Of a stretch of 64,000 nt of DNA, positions 10,005-19,642 are shown piece after piece. The notes below the pieces were generated by a model, which did no database searches, was not told the DNA's origin, and saw only the letters and a list, made by a program, of their open reading frames with translations. How positions within the stretch are numbered: position 1 is the stretch's first letter; every line of letters starts with the position of its first letter. The stretch is from the IMG/VR virus record IMGVR_UViG_3300033998_000157; one strand, given 5' to 3'. The DNA comes from an uncultured virus (IMG/VR IMGVR_UViG_3300033998_000157) (taxonomy: Duplodnaviria; Heunggongvirae; Uroviricota; Caudoviricetes). Both the position numbers and the translations under genes were made by a program.

Positions 10005-10119
10005 AAGGCAGCATAGATTCGGATATAAAACCGATAATTACTATCAGATAATTTTTAATATTTATAGAATTTTTAATATTTATAGTAAGCAATAAATAAT
10101 ATGTTGCTGTTGCTGCCTT
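10005..10119 (-). ncRNA. candidate small RNA B (terminal stem plus ACAGCAA)
   Basis: AAGGCAGCA pairs with TGCTGCCTT; ACAGCAA directly after the 5' arm. Confidence 0.5.
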
Positions 10120-10136
10120 TAATTACTAAATTGTCA

Positions 10137-10200
10137 AGGCTGACTATTCCCTGCAATTTCTAAACGACTGCAGTATATAAACTTTTTGCTGTTTCAGCCT
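10137..10200 (-). ncRNA. candidate small RNA A (terminal stem plus ACAGCAA)
   Basis: AGGCTGA pairs with TCAGCCT, ACAGCAA after the 5' arm, internal CTGCA/TGCAG hairpin, TGCTATAAT promoter 8 nt upstream. Confidence 0.55.
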
Positions 10201-10208
10201 ACACTTAC

Positions 10209-10217
10209 ATTATAGCA
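10209..10217 (-). promoter_or_regulatory. extended -10 promoter (TGnTATAAT)
   Basis: perfect TGCTATAAT with no CDS start close downstream. Confidence 0.6.
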
Positions 10218-10235
10218 CAGCCTACAAAAGATAAT

Positions 10236-11669
10236 TTATTCTAAAATATGTTCGTACGCTTTTAATATGTCTAACATCATTAAATATGGATTTATTTCTT
10301 CGTCGTTTATGATTTTTTCTACTATTTTTGGATTAAAACCACTAAGCAAAACAGTCCCTTTTTCATCTTTCTTAACTGGCACATTGCCATAATCATTTAA
10401 ATTCCAGAATACAATTTGTGGTAATTGATATCCATGTTCTTTAAACAGTTCCTTGGCGTATTCATATGTCGAATAACCCTCAACACAACTATCAAATTGC
10501 ATATCAGATAATATAATTAGATTTTCTGGTAAATCTTCTTGTTTTAAATTGTTTTTTATAGCAGTCCTTAGAATTAAGTTAAATACTTTGCTAATGTCTG
10601 TGTTTAATCCCCAATCGCTTTGTTTTACAATATTAGCTTTTTCTTTAAATGTACTGCCTTTTATTTCTATTAATTCTGGTTCTTCGCTAAATGTTATAAA
10701 ATAGTTTTTAAATTCTGACGAATTATGTTCAGCAAGATACATTCCAATAGTTACAGCTATATCTATTGCTTCATAATTGCTATAGATTGTAGCTTCCATT
10801 GAAGCAGAAACATCTACTATAGGCAAATATTTTAAATCTGTATTTGGTTTTGGAAGGTTTCTCCACAAAGCGTCTTGTAATGTTTCGTCTCTTATTCTAA
10901 TTACTTCATGAGGATATATTGCATTAGCGTTTACTTTTCTTTTATTATTCTTCAAATCTTCTAAAAATTTATTAAAATGTTCTTCGTCATTTCTCAAGAA
11001 AGCCTTATAATACTTATTCATTGCTTTTGAAGGTACTTGTGAATATTCAATTTCATTGTATGTTCTAAATGTAATATTCCTTTCTACAACCTTTAGATAT
11101 TTTCTTAATTTTGTCAATGTTTTTCTATACTCTCTTGGTGTCATATTAAAATGTTTCATAGTCTTTTTAGCTAAATATTTCGTTCTATACGAAGAAGCAT
11201 TTTCTGACTTTAACCATTTCGCTAATAATGAAATTGATTTGCATTCTTTCATATTCTTAATATCATCAATTAATTGTTGTTTCATAAACTCAAACACATC
11301 GTATTCAACTTCAGTTCCAACAAGTGAATACAAATCGTCCCACCTACCGTATTCTGGAACATATTTAATTAACTTTCTTGTTAATTCTGGATCATCGTTT
11401 CCAACATATTTCAATGCGCATCTAAAACCTTCTCTGATGCCTTGTCCGTTTCTTATATCTCTTAAATAAAACAAAGCTAATATTGCTAATTCTTTGTTTT
11501 CAATATAAGCATTTCTAAACAGATCTAAGAAATCATTTGGACGAGCTATTAATGTGCCACCTCTATAGAAAAAATCCAAAACATAACTCGTTGTACTCTT
11601 AAATGCTTTATCACCATTTAGTGTCGTTGTTTCATTTAATTCGTTTTTTAGCAAATCAATAAAACCCAT
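10236..11669 (-). CDS. DUF2828 family TROVE/Ro-like protein with C-terminal vWA domain
   Basis: TLNGD..F.ST, LFYLRDIRNGQG, YGRWDDL, LAKWLKSE, DVSASM MIDAS-like motif, SDMQFD, IVFWNL. Confidence 0.85.
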   Translation of the reverse strand: MGFIDLLKNELNETTTLNGDKAFKSTTSYVLDFFYRGGTLIARPNDFLDLFRNAYIENKELAILALFYLRDIRNGQGIREGFRCALKYVGNDDPELTRKLIKYVPEYGRWDDLYSLVGTEVEYDVFEFMKQQLIDDIKNMKECKSISLLAKWLKSENASSYRTKYLAKKTMKHFNMTPREYRKTLTKLRKYLKVVERNITFRTYNEIEYSQVPSKAMNKYYKAFLRNDEEHFNKFLEDLKNNKRKVNANAIYPHEVIRIRDETLQDALWRNLPKPNTDLKYLPIVDVSASMEATIYSNYEAIDIAVTIGMYLAEHNSSEFKNYFITFSEEPELIEIKGSTFKEKANIVKQSDWGLNTDISKVFNLILRTAIKNNLKQEDLPENLIILSDMQFDSCVEGYSTYEYAKELFKEHGYQLPQIVFWNLNDYGNVPVKKDEKGTVLLSGFNPKIVEKIINDEEINPYLMMLDILKAYEHILE

Positions 11670-11685
11670 TTAATCACCCCTTTTA

Positions 11686-11985
11686 TTAATCAGTGGAGTT
11701 ATCGGTTTTTAAGTTTGATACAACATCATAATAAGGATTATTAATGTTGTTGTCGTTTTTAAATCCGTTATTATAGTGTATATGTGTAATTACAGTACTT
11801 TCTTTTTCTTTTATTAAATATTCATTTTCTAATTTTAAACGCATATTTTCCTCTTTATATTTATCTAATAAATCTTTTAAATGTTCGCATTTATATTCTC
11901 TTTCAGATTCAAAAAACGGACTTAAAATCATAGTTAATATTGCACCTACCAAAAATCCAGACAAAATATATGCGAAATCAGTCAT
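11686..11985 (-). CDS. membrane-anchored coiled-coil protein
   Basis: N-terminal TM helix, AGGAGGAG RBS. Confidence 0.65.
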   Translation of the reverse strand: MTDFAYILSGFLVGAILTMILSPFFESEREYKCEHLKDLLDKYKEENMRLKLENEYLIKEKESTVITHIHYNNGFKNDNNINNPYYDVVSNLKTDNSTD

Positions 11986-12179
11986 TTTATCTCCTCCTTA
12001 ACTTTGTATTTTTCTAATTGTTCTTTTAATATCTGATTTTCTAATTTTAATAATTCATTTTCAATTTCTTTTAAAAATAATTTAGATGAATATTTAGAAA
12101 AATCATTTACATTAACTAACGCTATAGATAATATTCCACAGGAAAATCCTGCAAAAAAGCTATTATTAAATCAAGCATA

Positions 12180-12767
12180 TTACCATTCCTTTCTGGATTT
12201 AATTTCTTTCTTATTTTCATACATCTGTTTATCAATATTTTCTATAATTTCTTTTAGTGTTTTGTTATTATCATATCTAATTTCGTAATAACCAACCGCA
12301 AATCCATAATCGCTAATTTCACTAAATTGTATTCTTGATTTTTCAATTCTGTGTTTAAAAATAGCTATAGGTATATTCATTGCAAATAGCAAAAATTCAT
12401 CTCCGCCTGTACGAACTATAATATCATCGCTTCTGAAATTTGATTTTAAAATTCTTACAAATTCCTTAATCACATAATCTCCTTGTTTGTGACCTTGAGT
12501 ATCGTTAATTAGCTTTAAATTATTGATATCAAATATTGCTATAACACCGTGTTTATGTTCCTCTAATGCTTTTTGTATATATAGTTCCCCATAGTGCTTG
12601 TTATACGTGTTGGTAAACATGTCTTTAGTCGCTGCTTTCTTTGTTCTAATAAGTTTAAGTTTCATATACAAAATCACTAATACCCATGTTACATATAATA
12701 ACAATGGCTCAGGTAGAAAAAACCAACCTTTTATTATGTAAATTATCGTTGTAGCTATCACCAACAA
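12180..12767 (-). CDS. membrane-bound GGDEF diguanylate cyclase (RBS-led ATG at 12796 is 1 nt out of frame)
   Basis: DINNLKLINDTQGHKQGD, RSDD I-site, RTGGDEF, two N-terminal hydrophobic segments. Confidence 0.85.
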   Translation of the reverse strand: MLVIATTIIYIIKGWFFLPEPLLLYVTWVLVILYMKLKLIRTKKAATKDMFTNTYNKHYGELYIQKALEEHKHGVIAIFDINNLKLINDTQGHKQGDYVIKEFVRILKSNFRSDDIIVRTGGDEFLLFAMNIPIAIFKHRIEKSRIQFSEISDYGFAVGYYEIRYDNNKTLKEIIENIDKQMYENKKEIKSRKEW

Positions 12768-12800
12768 ATGAATTAGAATTTTATAAAAGACTCCATAGTA

Positions 12801-13301
12801 TCACCCCAATAACTTTTTTAATTTTTCTATACCTTCTTGCTCTCTTTCTTGCGATACAACATTTCTATCGATTTCAATTTGCGTAGGTTCTTTTTTGAAT
12901 ATTTCTAATATACTATCTAATTCTTCTTTTGTTATTTCTTTTATATGATTTAAATAATATTTCGTATTTCTGTTTAAATATTTTTCTTTTGTTATATTCA
13001 CAAAATCATCTACAAATAAAGCAAATTTGAAATCATCTTCGTTAATATTATCTATCTTGACCATATCACCAAATTCATCCTCGACAAATATATTTTCAAT
13101 TTTAAAACGATTATCAGCATTTAATATAATAAAAATACCTTCGTGCTGTATATATATTTTTAATTCATAATTATGGAATGCTAATTGTACATTAGTGCCA
13201 TTGATTGTTGTATAATTAAATTCAACCATATCATTTTCAAAAAATAATGAAACCATATCATGTATCCTCATAACATCATCCTTCCACGCCAAATAGTTCA
13301 T
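12801..13301 (-). CDS. hypothetical protein
   Basis: 166-aa ORF inside the operon. Confidence 0.65.
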   Translation of the reverse strand: MNYLAWKDDVMRIHDMVSLFFENDMVEFNYTTINGTNVQLAFHNYELKIYIQHEGIFIILNADNRFKIENIFVEDEFGDMVKIDNINEDDFKFALFVDDFVNITKEKYLNRNTKYYLNHIKEITKEELDSILEIFKKEPTQIEIDRNVVSQEREQEGIEKLKKLLG

Positions 13302-13557
13302 CTAATGCTTTTTTAGAAAATCCAAAGAACGGATACAATCCTTCTTCTGCTGGAATCAAAATAATAGGATATGTAACTGGCAAATTATTTTCTTTAAATT
13401 CTTTTGTTAAATGTCTTTTTAGTTCAATGTTAGCATCTTTAAAATGGATATATAAAAATTGCACTCCTAAGTTTCTGAAATAATTTTTAGCTTTCTCACA
13501 TGCCTCGCAATCTTCTTTACCGAGAATTATGATTATATTATCAACAAGTGTTTCCAT
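13276..13557 (-). CDS. glutaredoxin-like protein
   Basis: CEAC redox motif, TYPIIL cis-Pro region, FFGFS. Confidence 0.8.
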   Translation of the reverse strand: METLVDNIIIILGKEDCEACEKAKNYFRNLGVQFLYIHFKDANIELKRHLTKEFKENNLPVTYPIILIPAEEGLYPFFGFSKKALDELFGVEG

Positions 13558-14180
13558 GCTGTGCCTCCTATTCTATCTAATTCTTTTTTAATATCTTCAA
13601 AACTTTCTTCAGGTGTTTGGTTGCCATTAATCGTATAAACTATACTTAACGTAAAATTCTCAAATACAAATTTGTACCCTTGCCTTACTTTATCTAACTT
13701 ATCTATTACAGTTTGTTCCATTCTATCTAATTTATCTCTTTGAATTATTCTCTTAGCTGCAATTTCAGGTTCTGTATCTATAAAAAATACAATATCTGGT
13801 GTATATCCTTTCAATACCTTACTATTTATTTCCATTACTTTTAAAACATTCATAATACTATGCTTTTCTGGTTTTACATATCCTTGATATACAAGAGATG
13901 AAATTACAGATCTATCGGTTAAAATAACTGCTTTATAATAATACTTTTCATATATGTGTTTAACATTATATGCTCTGTCGGCTGCAAATAATAAAATTTC
14001 CGTATCTAATGGAATATCATTATCTGGATTTAATAATATATTTCTAATTTGATTTCCGAATTCAGTACCTCCTGGTTCTTTTGTTTTTATGACTTTATTT
14101 TTCTTGCTTAAATATTCATATGTCATTTCAAATAATGTACTTTTACCTGAACCGTCTATTCCTTCAAATGCTATTATCAT
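13533..14180 (-). CDS. tmk: thymidylate kinase
   Basis: AFEGIDGSGKST, KEPGGT, LLFAADR, TDRS..SSLVYQG. Confidence 0.95.
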   Translation of the reverse strand: MIIAFEGIDGSGKSTLFEMTYEYLSKKNKVIKTKEPGGTEFGNQIRNILLNPDNDIPLDTEILLFAADRAYNVKHIYEKYYYKAVILTDRSVISSLVYQGYVKPEKHSIMNVLKVMEINSKVLKGYTPDIVFFIDTEPEIAAKRIIQRDKLDRMEQTVIDKLDKVRQGYKFVFENFTLSIVYTINGNQTPEESFEDIKKELDRIGGTAWKHLLII

Positions 14181-14680
14181 CCGATCTCCTCCTGCATTTC
14201 AATAACATCTGTATTAGCTTCTATAATACTTATATTTTTTATAGAATAGCTATAATCTTCTAATTTAATGAAAGATTTTGCTATATATTCAGCATTTTCT
14301 ATTGAGATTGCTGCTCCTACACATATAGAATTATTCAAAACGACTATATATCTTACTTTAAATGGATTTTCGATGATTTGTTTGTATTCGTCTTTAGAAA
14401 CAAGAACTTTTTCCGATACAAAATCATATTTATCATGTTGGAAATCGAATGCTTCAATTGCTGAATTTCTAATTTTTTCTAAATCTTTCATTCTTTTAAA
14501 AATAAAAACCATTGATAAATTATCTTTAACAACATTTGACTGTTTTAACAGCAACATATAAGCATATTTTAAATTATATTTTCGCTCTGGAGATAAAGGA
14601 ATTATATAATTAAGTTCAATGATAATCATAAGAAAAGAAATAACTATAGTAACAAATATAATTACGAGCACTTCTTGCAT
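14177..14680 (-). CDS. hypothetical membrane-anchored protein
   Basis: N-terminal TM segment; ATGA overlap with tmk. Confidence 0.65.
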   Translation of the reverse strand: MQEVLVIIFVTIVISFLMIIIELNYIIPLSPERKYNLKYAYMLLLKQSNVVKDNLSMVFIFKRMKDLEKIRNSAIEAFDFQHDKYDFVSEKVLVSKDEYKQIIENPFKVRYIVVLNNSICVGAAISIENAEYIAKSFIKLEDYSYSIKNISIIEANTDVIEMQEEIG

Positions 14681-14684
14681 GTAA

Positions 14685-14918
14685 TCAACTCCTACATTTT
14701 TTACTTAATCTAATCATATCTATCAAAATAATTACGCCAAATATTGTATACAAATACATATATACATTATCACCAGTTCTTATATAACTAAAAAAAGCAG
14801 TCATGAAAAGTGTTATAACACCAAAATCATACCAAGCAGTGTGTTCTTTAATGTTTTTTTGATAATCGTAAACCATTACAATAATTAACGACACGACAAA
14901 CATATACCAATTAAACAT
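14685..14918 (-). CDS. small multi-pass membrane protein
   Basis: ATG after GGAGG; three hydrophobic segments. Confidence 0.6.
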   Translation of the reverse strand: MFNWYMFVVSLIIVMVYDYQKNIKEHTAWYDFGVITLFMTAFFSYIRTGDNVYMYLYTIFGVIILIDMIRLSKKCRS

Positions 14919-15045
14919 GCAACCACCTCCAAAATTTACTGTTTTTCTGCTACGTTTATATTGTATCAACCTATTGTGATAATAACTTAATTAAAAAAGC
15001 GGTGTCCGCCAGTAAGACGACCACCGCATATATAATCGTGTCATG

Positions 15046-15833
15046 TTATTTAATTTTCTCCTTCAATCTTTTAACTGTCATTTCGCAATACTCTTCATTT
15101 ATTTCTATACCTATCCAACGCCTATTAAGTTTTTCGGCTGCTATTAATGTAGTTCCACTACCACATGTGAAATCTAATATCAAATCTTCTTCATTTGAAT
15201 ATGTTTTGATTAAATATTCCAACAAAGCAAGCGGTTTTTGTGTAGGGTGAATTGATACGCTTGGATGTGGTTTTTGAAATTCAAGAATACTTCTTTGATA
15301 TTTTAATGTTTCTCATTTTCTACTATCATCAGTATGCCCAAATTTTCCATAATTACGGTTTTTATGTTCTTTATTTTTGTATGACACGCCTTTGCTATGC
15401 AATGGCTGTCCTTCCCACATTTGAGGATTATACACACCTGCTTTTTTGTAAAACACAGCTATGTGTTCGTGTTGCCTTAAAGGCATTCTTTTAGCATTCA
15501 AAAAACCGCTTATAAGTTGTTTGTCCCACACCAAATCATATCTAAATTCTTTTTCGTTGCTAAGACATAATTTAAAAAAGAATTTGCTTTGTCCAAATAA
15601 AACTATTGGTGTGTGTCTTTTCTAATTCTTTTAATTTGTTCCCACATATTTTCAAATGGAATAATAATATCCAATTTATTTTGAGTTACTCCATAAGGAG
15701 GATCTGTAATTATAATGTCTATACTATTCTAAGGAAACAATTTCATAATTTCTATAGTATCGCCTTTATATAGTATTCCGTTTTCTGTTTCAAAGTATCT
15801 ATTTTCTTTAGGAAACTAATCTTTCCAATTCAT
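15046..15833 (-). pseudogene. beta-class N4/N6 DNA methyltransferase pseudogene
   Basis: ITDPPYG, HPTQKP, LDFTCGSGTT, WIGIE present; broken by two frameshifts near 15570-15620 and an in-frame TGA at 15313-15315; also two TAG. Confidence 0.85.
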
Positions 15834-15880
15834 TTTACCCTCCTTATTTTTATTAAAAGCATGCCCGAAGGCATGCCGTA

Positions 15881-18800
15881 TTATGCACATGCTGTCCAAC
15901 CGCAATCAGGACAATCTACACAACTTGATTGTGCTCTTAATTTACTCTTACATACAGGACATCTTTTATTTCCTTCTTCGTCTATATAATATCCTTTTGC
16001 ATCAAGTATCCAATTCTTAGTTTCTTCTTCTTTTTGAATTAATTCTTTACGTTTCTTACCTTTAGATGTTGCTATGTTTAATAATTCATTCAATGCTTCA
16101 TACATTATTTGTGTAACTGGTGAATATTCATTTTTCCAATTTTTTACTTTTCTTAATTGCTTAATTGTTTCTTCGATCTTTACGCCAGATCTAATAGATA
16201 CACTTATTAGTCTTCCTGCTGTTTCAAATAATTCGGCATATTCTTTTGTAGTTTGTGTTGCTCTGAAGAATACTTCGAATGGTTCTCCTTCAACCAATCC
16301 TAATTCAACAAACATTCTCTTTTCTTCATCATTAATTTTAAATGTAATGGTTTTCTTCATTGTTTGAATAATAGCAGGTCTTTCTTTTGGAAGTATCTTT
16401 TTTGTTTTCTTATCAATATTAATGTTTAATTGTAATTTTGGCTTATCTGTTTTCTTTTCTTCTTTTTTCTTTTCAACTCTTGATAATATAGGTGTTCTTG
16501 AACCTTCTACATATACGGTAACACCTTTGATTTTGAATAATTGCGATAAGATATAGAAATTATTTACTACATTTACAGTATTTACAAATTTACTATATTC
16601 TTTTGTTTTCACTAATTTATCAAATGTGTCGTGTTTTTCTAAGAATTCTTCTTGTTCTGAATATGGTGCGTATTTTGATACAAAGTTAGCTACAGCTTTG
16701 AAATTATGTTCGTCTTTGCAATATTTTTCTAAGTATTGTTCAACTATTTCTTTATCCATTCTGTATTTTTCAAAATCTTCTAAAATCTTATTCATGTATT
16801 CAGAACCATATATTTTAAATTTATCAAAATCAATACTATCAACATCTGTATCTCTTTGAATATTGAATGTTACTGATGTATTCATATCTATATAAATATT
16901 TGATAAGAATAACATTGCTAATCTATCAATCATATCTAAATCAGATGTAGTAACGATAAAGTCTTTATATACTTCTTCTGGTTTTTCACCATTGATTATT
17001 TTTGTAATAATTTCTTTTGCTTTTTCTTCTCCATAATTTTCAATTAAGTAATCTTCTAATGCTACATCATATACTTCTACTGTATATTCAGAAGGCATAT
17101 CTGGGTTAATTCTTCTTCTATAAGCTAATAAGAATATTGGTTCGATACCAGATGACACTTGAGTGATATAACTTATAGATCCTGTTGGTGCGATTGATAA
17201 TAACCTTGCGTTTGCTATTCCATTATATTGTTCTATTATTTCGCCATTTCTATCAATTAAAGCTATTTCTATTTTTGTGTCTGGATTATCTGTATTTACT
17301 AAATAATATAATTTATAATTTCCTTCTTTATTTTCTTCAGCAACAAAATTAGTATCCTTTGTTATACTTTCGATATCTCCTAATCTAATAAGTGTTCTTG
17401 CTCTATCGAGTGCTTCTTCAAATCCTTCAAAAGAACCTATTATTTTAGCTATGTCGGTTGAATTAACCACAACTGCATTAGAAATATGTTTCATTATATC
17501 TTTAAACAAATCATATGATTCTTTGCTTCCATATCTAAGACCTAATTTTAACAATACAGAAGACAATCCCATGTAACCCAAACCTGTATTTCTATATCTC
17601 CTTGTGTTATATGTCAATTCAGGTAACGGAAATTCATTTGAGAAATTAGAAAGAGTTAAGAATGTGTGTAATAATTTTGTCATGCTATATAAATTGCCGA
17701 ACATAAAATTATTGTTTTTATCAACAAATGAATATAAATTTAAGCTTCCTAATACACATACAGATTGATCGTATCCATTATATTCGGCACAGTCATAAGA
17801 TAGCACTCCGTTTGTTACCCATACAAAATCAGGACCCGCTTCAATATCGAATACTTCTTCTCTTTCAACATTTGTTATTTCAACGATTTCTAACCATTGA
17901 TTTTTTTCTAAGAAATGTTTTGCATTTCTATATAATGGTGTTTCAAATAATATATCAAACAATTTCTTTTTATTAGATCTTAAATGTCTGAATATTTCTT
18001 TTAATCCGTCTCTATATAATGTAGAAATAACTAATCTATAATAATCTTTTTGAGTATAAGTTTTGCCATTTCTCTTATCATAATAACCTTTACCTTTCCT
18101 CGATGTTTTTACGTTGTTTGTGTAAATTCCATACATAGCAAACAATGGTTGTAATTTGGATATAATATCTTCGTATGTAGATGATATAGAAATGTGATTT
18201 CCTTTCTTTGTGAATGAAATTGTTCCGTCACTATCAAAGTATCCTGATATAAATGCACTTATAACTTCTTCTGACGATGTGAATAATTGTTCTGGCAACA
18301 TTTTATTGTCTTTTGTGCTAATATATTCAACTTCATCTATTCCGTCGATTTTTTCATATAATTTGAATACTTGTGAAATCCATTTATTGAATTCATTATC
18401 ATTAATTCTAATTTGAACTGCGTTATAATCTTTGTCATAAACCTTATATGATGTATTTGATTTTTCTAATAATTCTGTAATTGCGTTGTATAAATCTACA
18501 TCTTCTGCATTGATTGTTAATGTTGTTCTAATAAATACATTTGAATGTGTTTTGTTTTTCTTTAAAGTAATTGAACCATCACCAAGTATTAAACCGAGCA
18601 ACCATGCTTTTTCTGTTACGCTTAATTCTGGTTTTATTTCTTTTAACCATTCATCATTTCCAACAATATTCTTTGCTACATTATCTAAAACGTATTGTAT
18701 TTCATCTCCGATTTTTAAATCTTGTGCCATAACCCATTCTTTATCTTTTGTATATAATTTATGTTCGTTAGTTACTCTAATCTTTATTCCGTTTTTAAGA

Positions 18801-19288
18801 ACTATTTCTTTGATATCTTGAACTCCGTTGTTATAGAATTTTTTAATTGGCAAGAATTGTTTTGAAATAGGACTCCATACTTTCATATCTGTTGTTAAAT
18901 CTTTTGCATTTATTAATCCTCTATCTGTTAAAACCTTTGTATCTCCAACAACACATGGATTTACACTTGTTATTTCTGATTTAAACGCTATCGGATTATC
19001 TTTATTTATAGAATCAAAATTAATAATTCCTGGTTCGGCGTGCAATGTAGTATTTACAATAGTGTTTAACCATAAATCTCTTGCTTTTTTTGTAAATCTA
19101 ATTGATTTATCATGTGGATCTACCAATTCATAATCTTCATCTTCTAATACCGCTTTAACAAATTTATCATTAATACCGATTGAAATATTTGCGTATTTTA
19201 ATGTTTGATATCCTTTATCAAAATCCGTTTTCTTATTAATAAAATCTTCTATTTCTGGATGATCAATGTTTAATAAGAACATATTAGC
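15881..19288 (-). CDS. nrdJ: class II (B12-dependent) ribonucleotide reductase, exon 2, contains an intein
   Basis: ANMFLLNIDHPEI, NP/CAE active site, CVLGSLNL, GLGYMG, SIAPTGSIS, KGVTVY, C-terminal Zn ribbon. Confidence 0.92.
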   Translation of the reverse strand, partial: ANMFLLNIDHPEIEDFINKKTDFDKGYQTLKYANISIGINDKFVKAVLEDEDYELVDPHDKSIRFTKKARDLWLNTIVNTTLHAEPGIINFDSINKDNPIAFKSEITSVNPCVVGDTKVLTDRGLINAKDLTTDMKVWSPISKQFLPIKKFYNNGVQDIKEIVLKNGIKIRVTNEHKLYTKDKEWVMAQDLKIGDEIQYVLDNVAKNIVGNDEWLKEIKPELSVTEKAWLLGLILGDGSITLKKNKTHSNVFIRTTLTINAEDVDLYNAITELLEKSNTSYKVYDKDYNAVQIRINDNEFNKWISQVFKLYEKIDGIDEVEYISTKDNKMLPEQLFTSSEEVISAFISGYFDSDGTISFTKKGNHISISSTYEDIISKLQPLFAMYGIYTNNVKTSRKGKGYYDKRNGKTYTQKDYYRLVISTLYRDGLKEIFRHLRSNKKKLFDILFETPLYRNAKHFLEKNQWLEIVEITNVEREEVFDIEAGPDFVWVTNGVLSYDCAEYNGYDQSVCVLGSLNLYSFVDKNNNFMFGNLYSMTKLLHTFLTLSNFSNEFPLPELTYNTRRYRNTGLGYMGLSSVLLKLGLRYGSKESYDLFKDIMKHISNAVVVNSTDIAKIIGSFEGFEEALDRARTLIRLGDIESITKDTNFVAEENKEGNYKLYYLVNTDNPDTKIEIALIDRNGEIIEQYNGIANARLLSIAPTGSISYITQVSSGIEPIFLLAYRRRINPDMPSEYTVEVYDVALEDYLIENYGEEKAKEIITKIINGEKPEEVYKDFIVTTSDLDMIDRLAMLFLSNIYIDMNTSVTFNIQRDTDVDSIDFDKFKIYGSEYMNKILEDFEKYRMDKEIVEQYLEKYCKDEHNFKAVANFVSKYAPYSEQEEFLEKHDTFDKLVKTKEYSKFVNTVNVVNNFYILSQLFKIKGVTVYVEGSRTPILSRVEKKKEEKKTDKPKLQLNINIDKKTKKILPKERPAIIQTMKKTITFKINDEEKRMFVELGLVEGEPFEVFFRATQTTKEYAELFETAGRLISVSIRSGVKIEETIKQLRKVKNWKNEYSPVTQIMYEALNELLNIATSKGKKRKELIQKEEETKNWILDAKGYYIDEEGNKRCPVCKSKLRAQSSCVDCPDCGWTACA
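17792..18955 (-). mobile_element. 388-aa intein with LAGLIDADG homing endonuclease, ending in Asp
   Basis: NP|CVVGDTKVLT start, LGLILGDG and SGYFDSDG motifs, VFDIE block F, NGVLSYD|CAE end. Confidence 0.92.
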
Positions 19289-19642
19289 CATTACCACACT
19301 GTCTTTCGACAGCCACGACACTTTCGTGTTGTGGTCTGGACTATATCTTGACTGATTTGGTTTCCCAAATCAGCCCGCCCCCACTTCGGCTTATCGCCTA
19401 CTCTACTCGGTTCATCATGTATATCCATATCCATTATGGACTTAGGATATACAGACGCCTTTCGATAGTCTCTGAACCTTCTCCATATCCTTACGGACTT
19501 AGGAGCTTGGCTGCTGATTACCCAATCTCCGCAATTTTCGAGCCGTCACGCTTATCCTTTCGGATTACGTTGTGGCTTGCGAAGCTCTAAGGGCTTTCCA
19601 GCAATTCGAGGGCGTTACGTAGCACTGTAATTTCCATTACAT
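19289..19642 (-). ncRNA. group I intron (354 nt, no ORF) in nrdJ
   Basis: P AATTGCTGGAAA, Q AATCAGCAG, R GTTCAGAGACTA, S AAGATATAGTCC; P1 CGUGGU/GCUACG with U.G at the 5' splice site; terminal G; splicing restores KRG|ANM. Confidence 0.93.

Noticed and set aside
15046..15833. Methyltransferase as a functional recoded gene or as evidence for TGA recoding
   Set aside because: It also has two frameshifts; TGA acts as a normal stop elsewhere; its two TAGs are uninformative
19289..19321. ORF-track start of nrdJ at 19321 and ORF 19348..19590
   Set aside because: Both lie within the group I intron; the true exon starts at 19288
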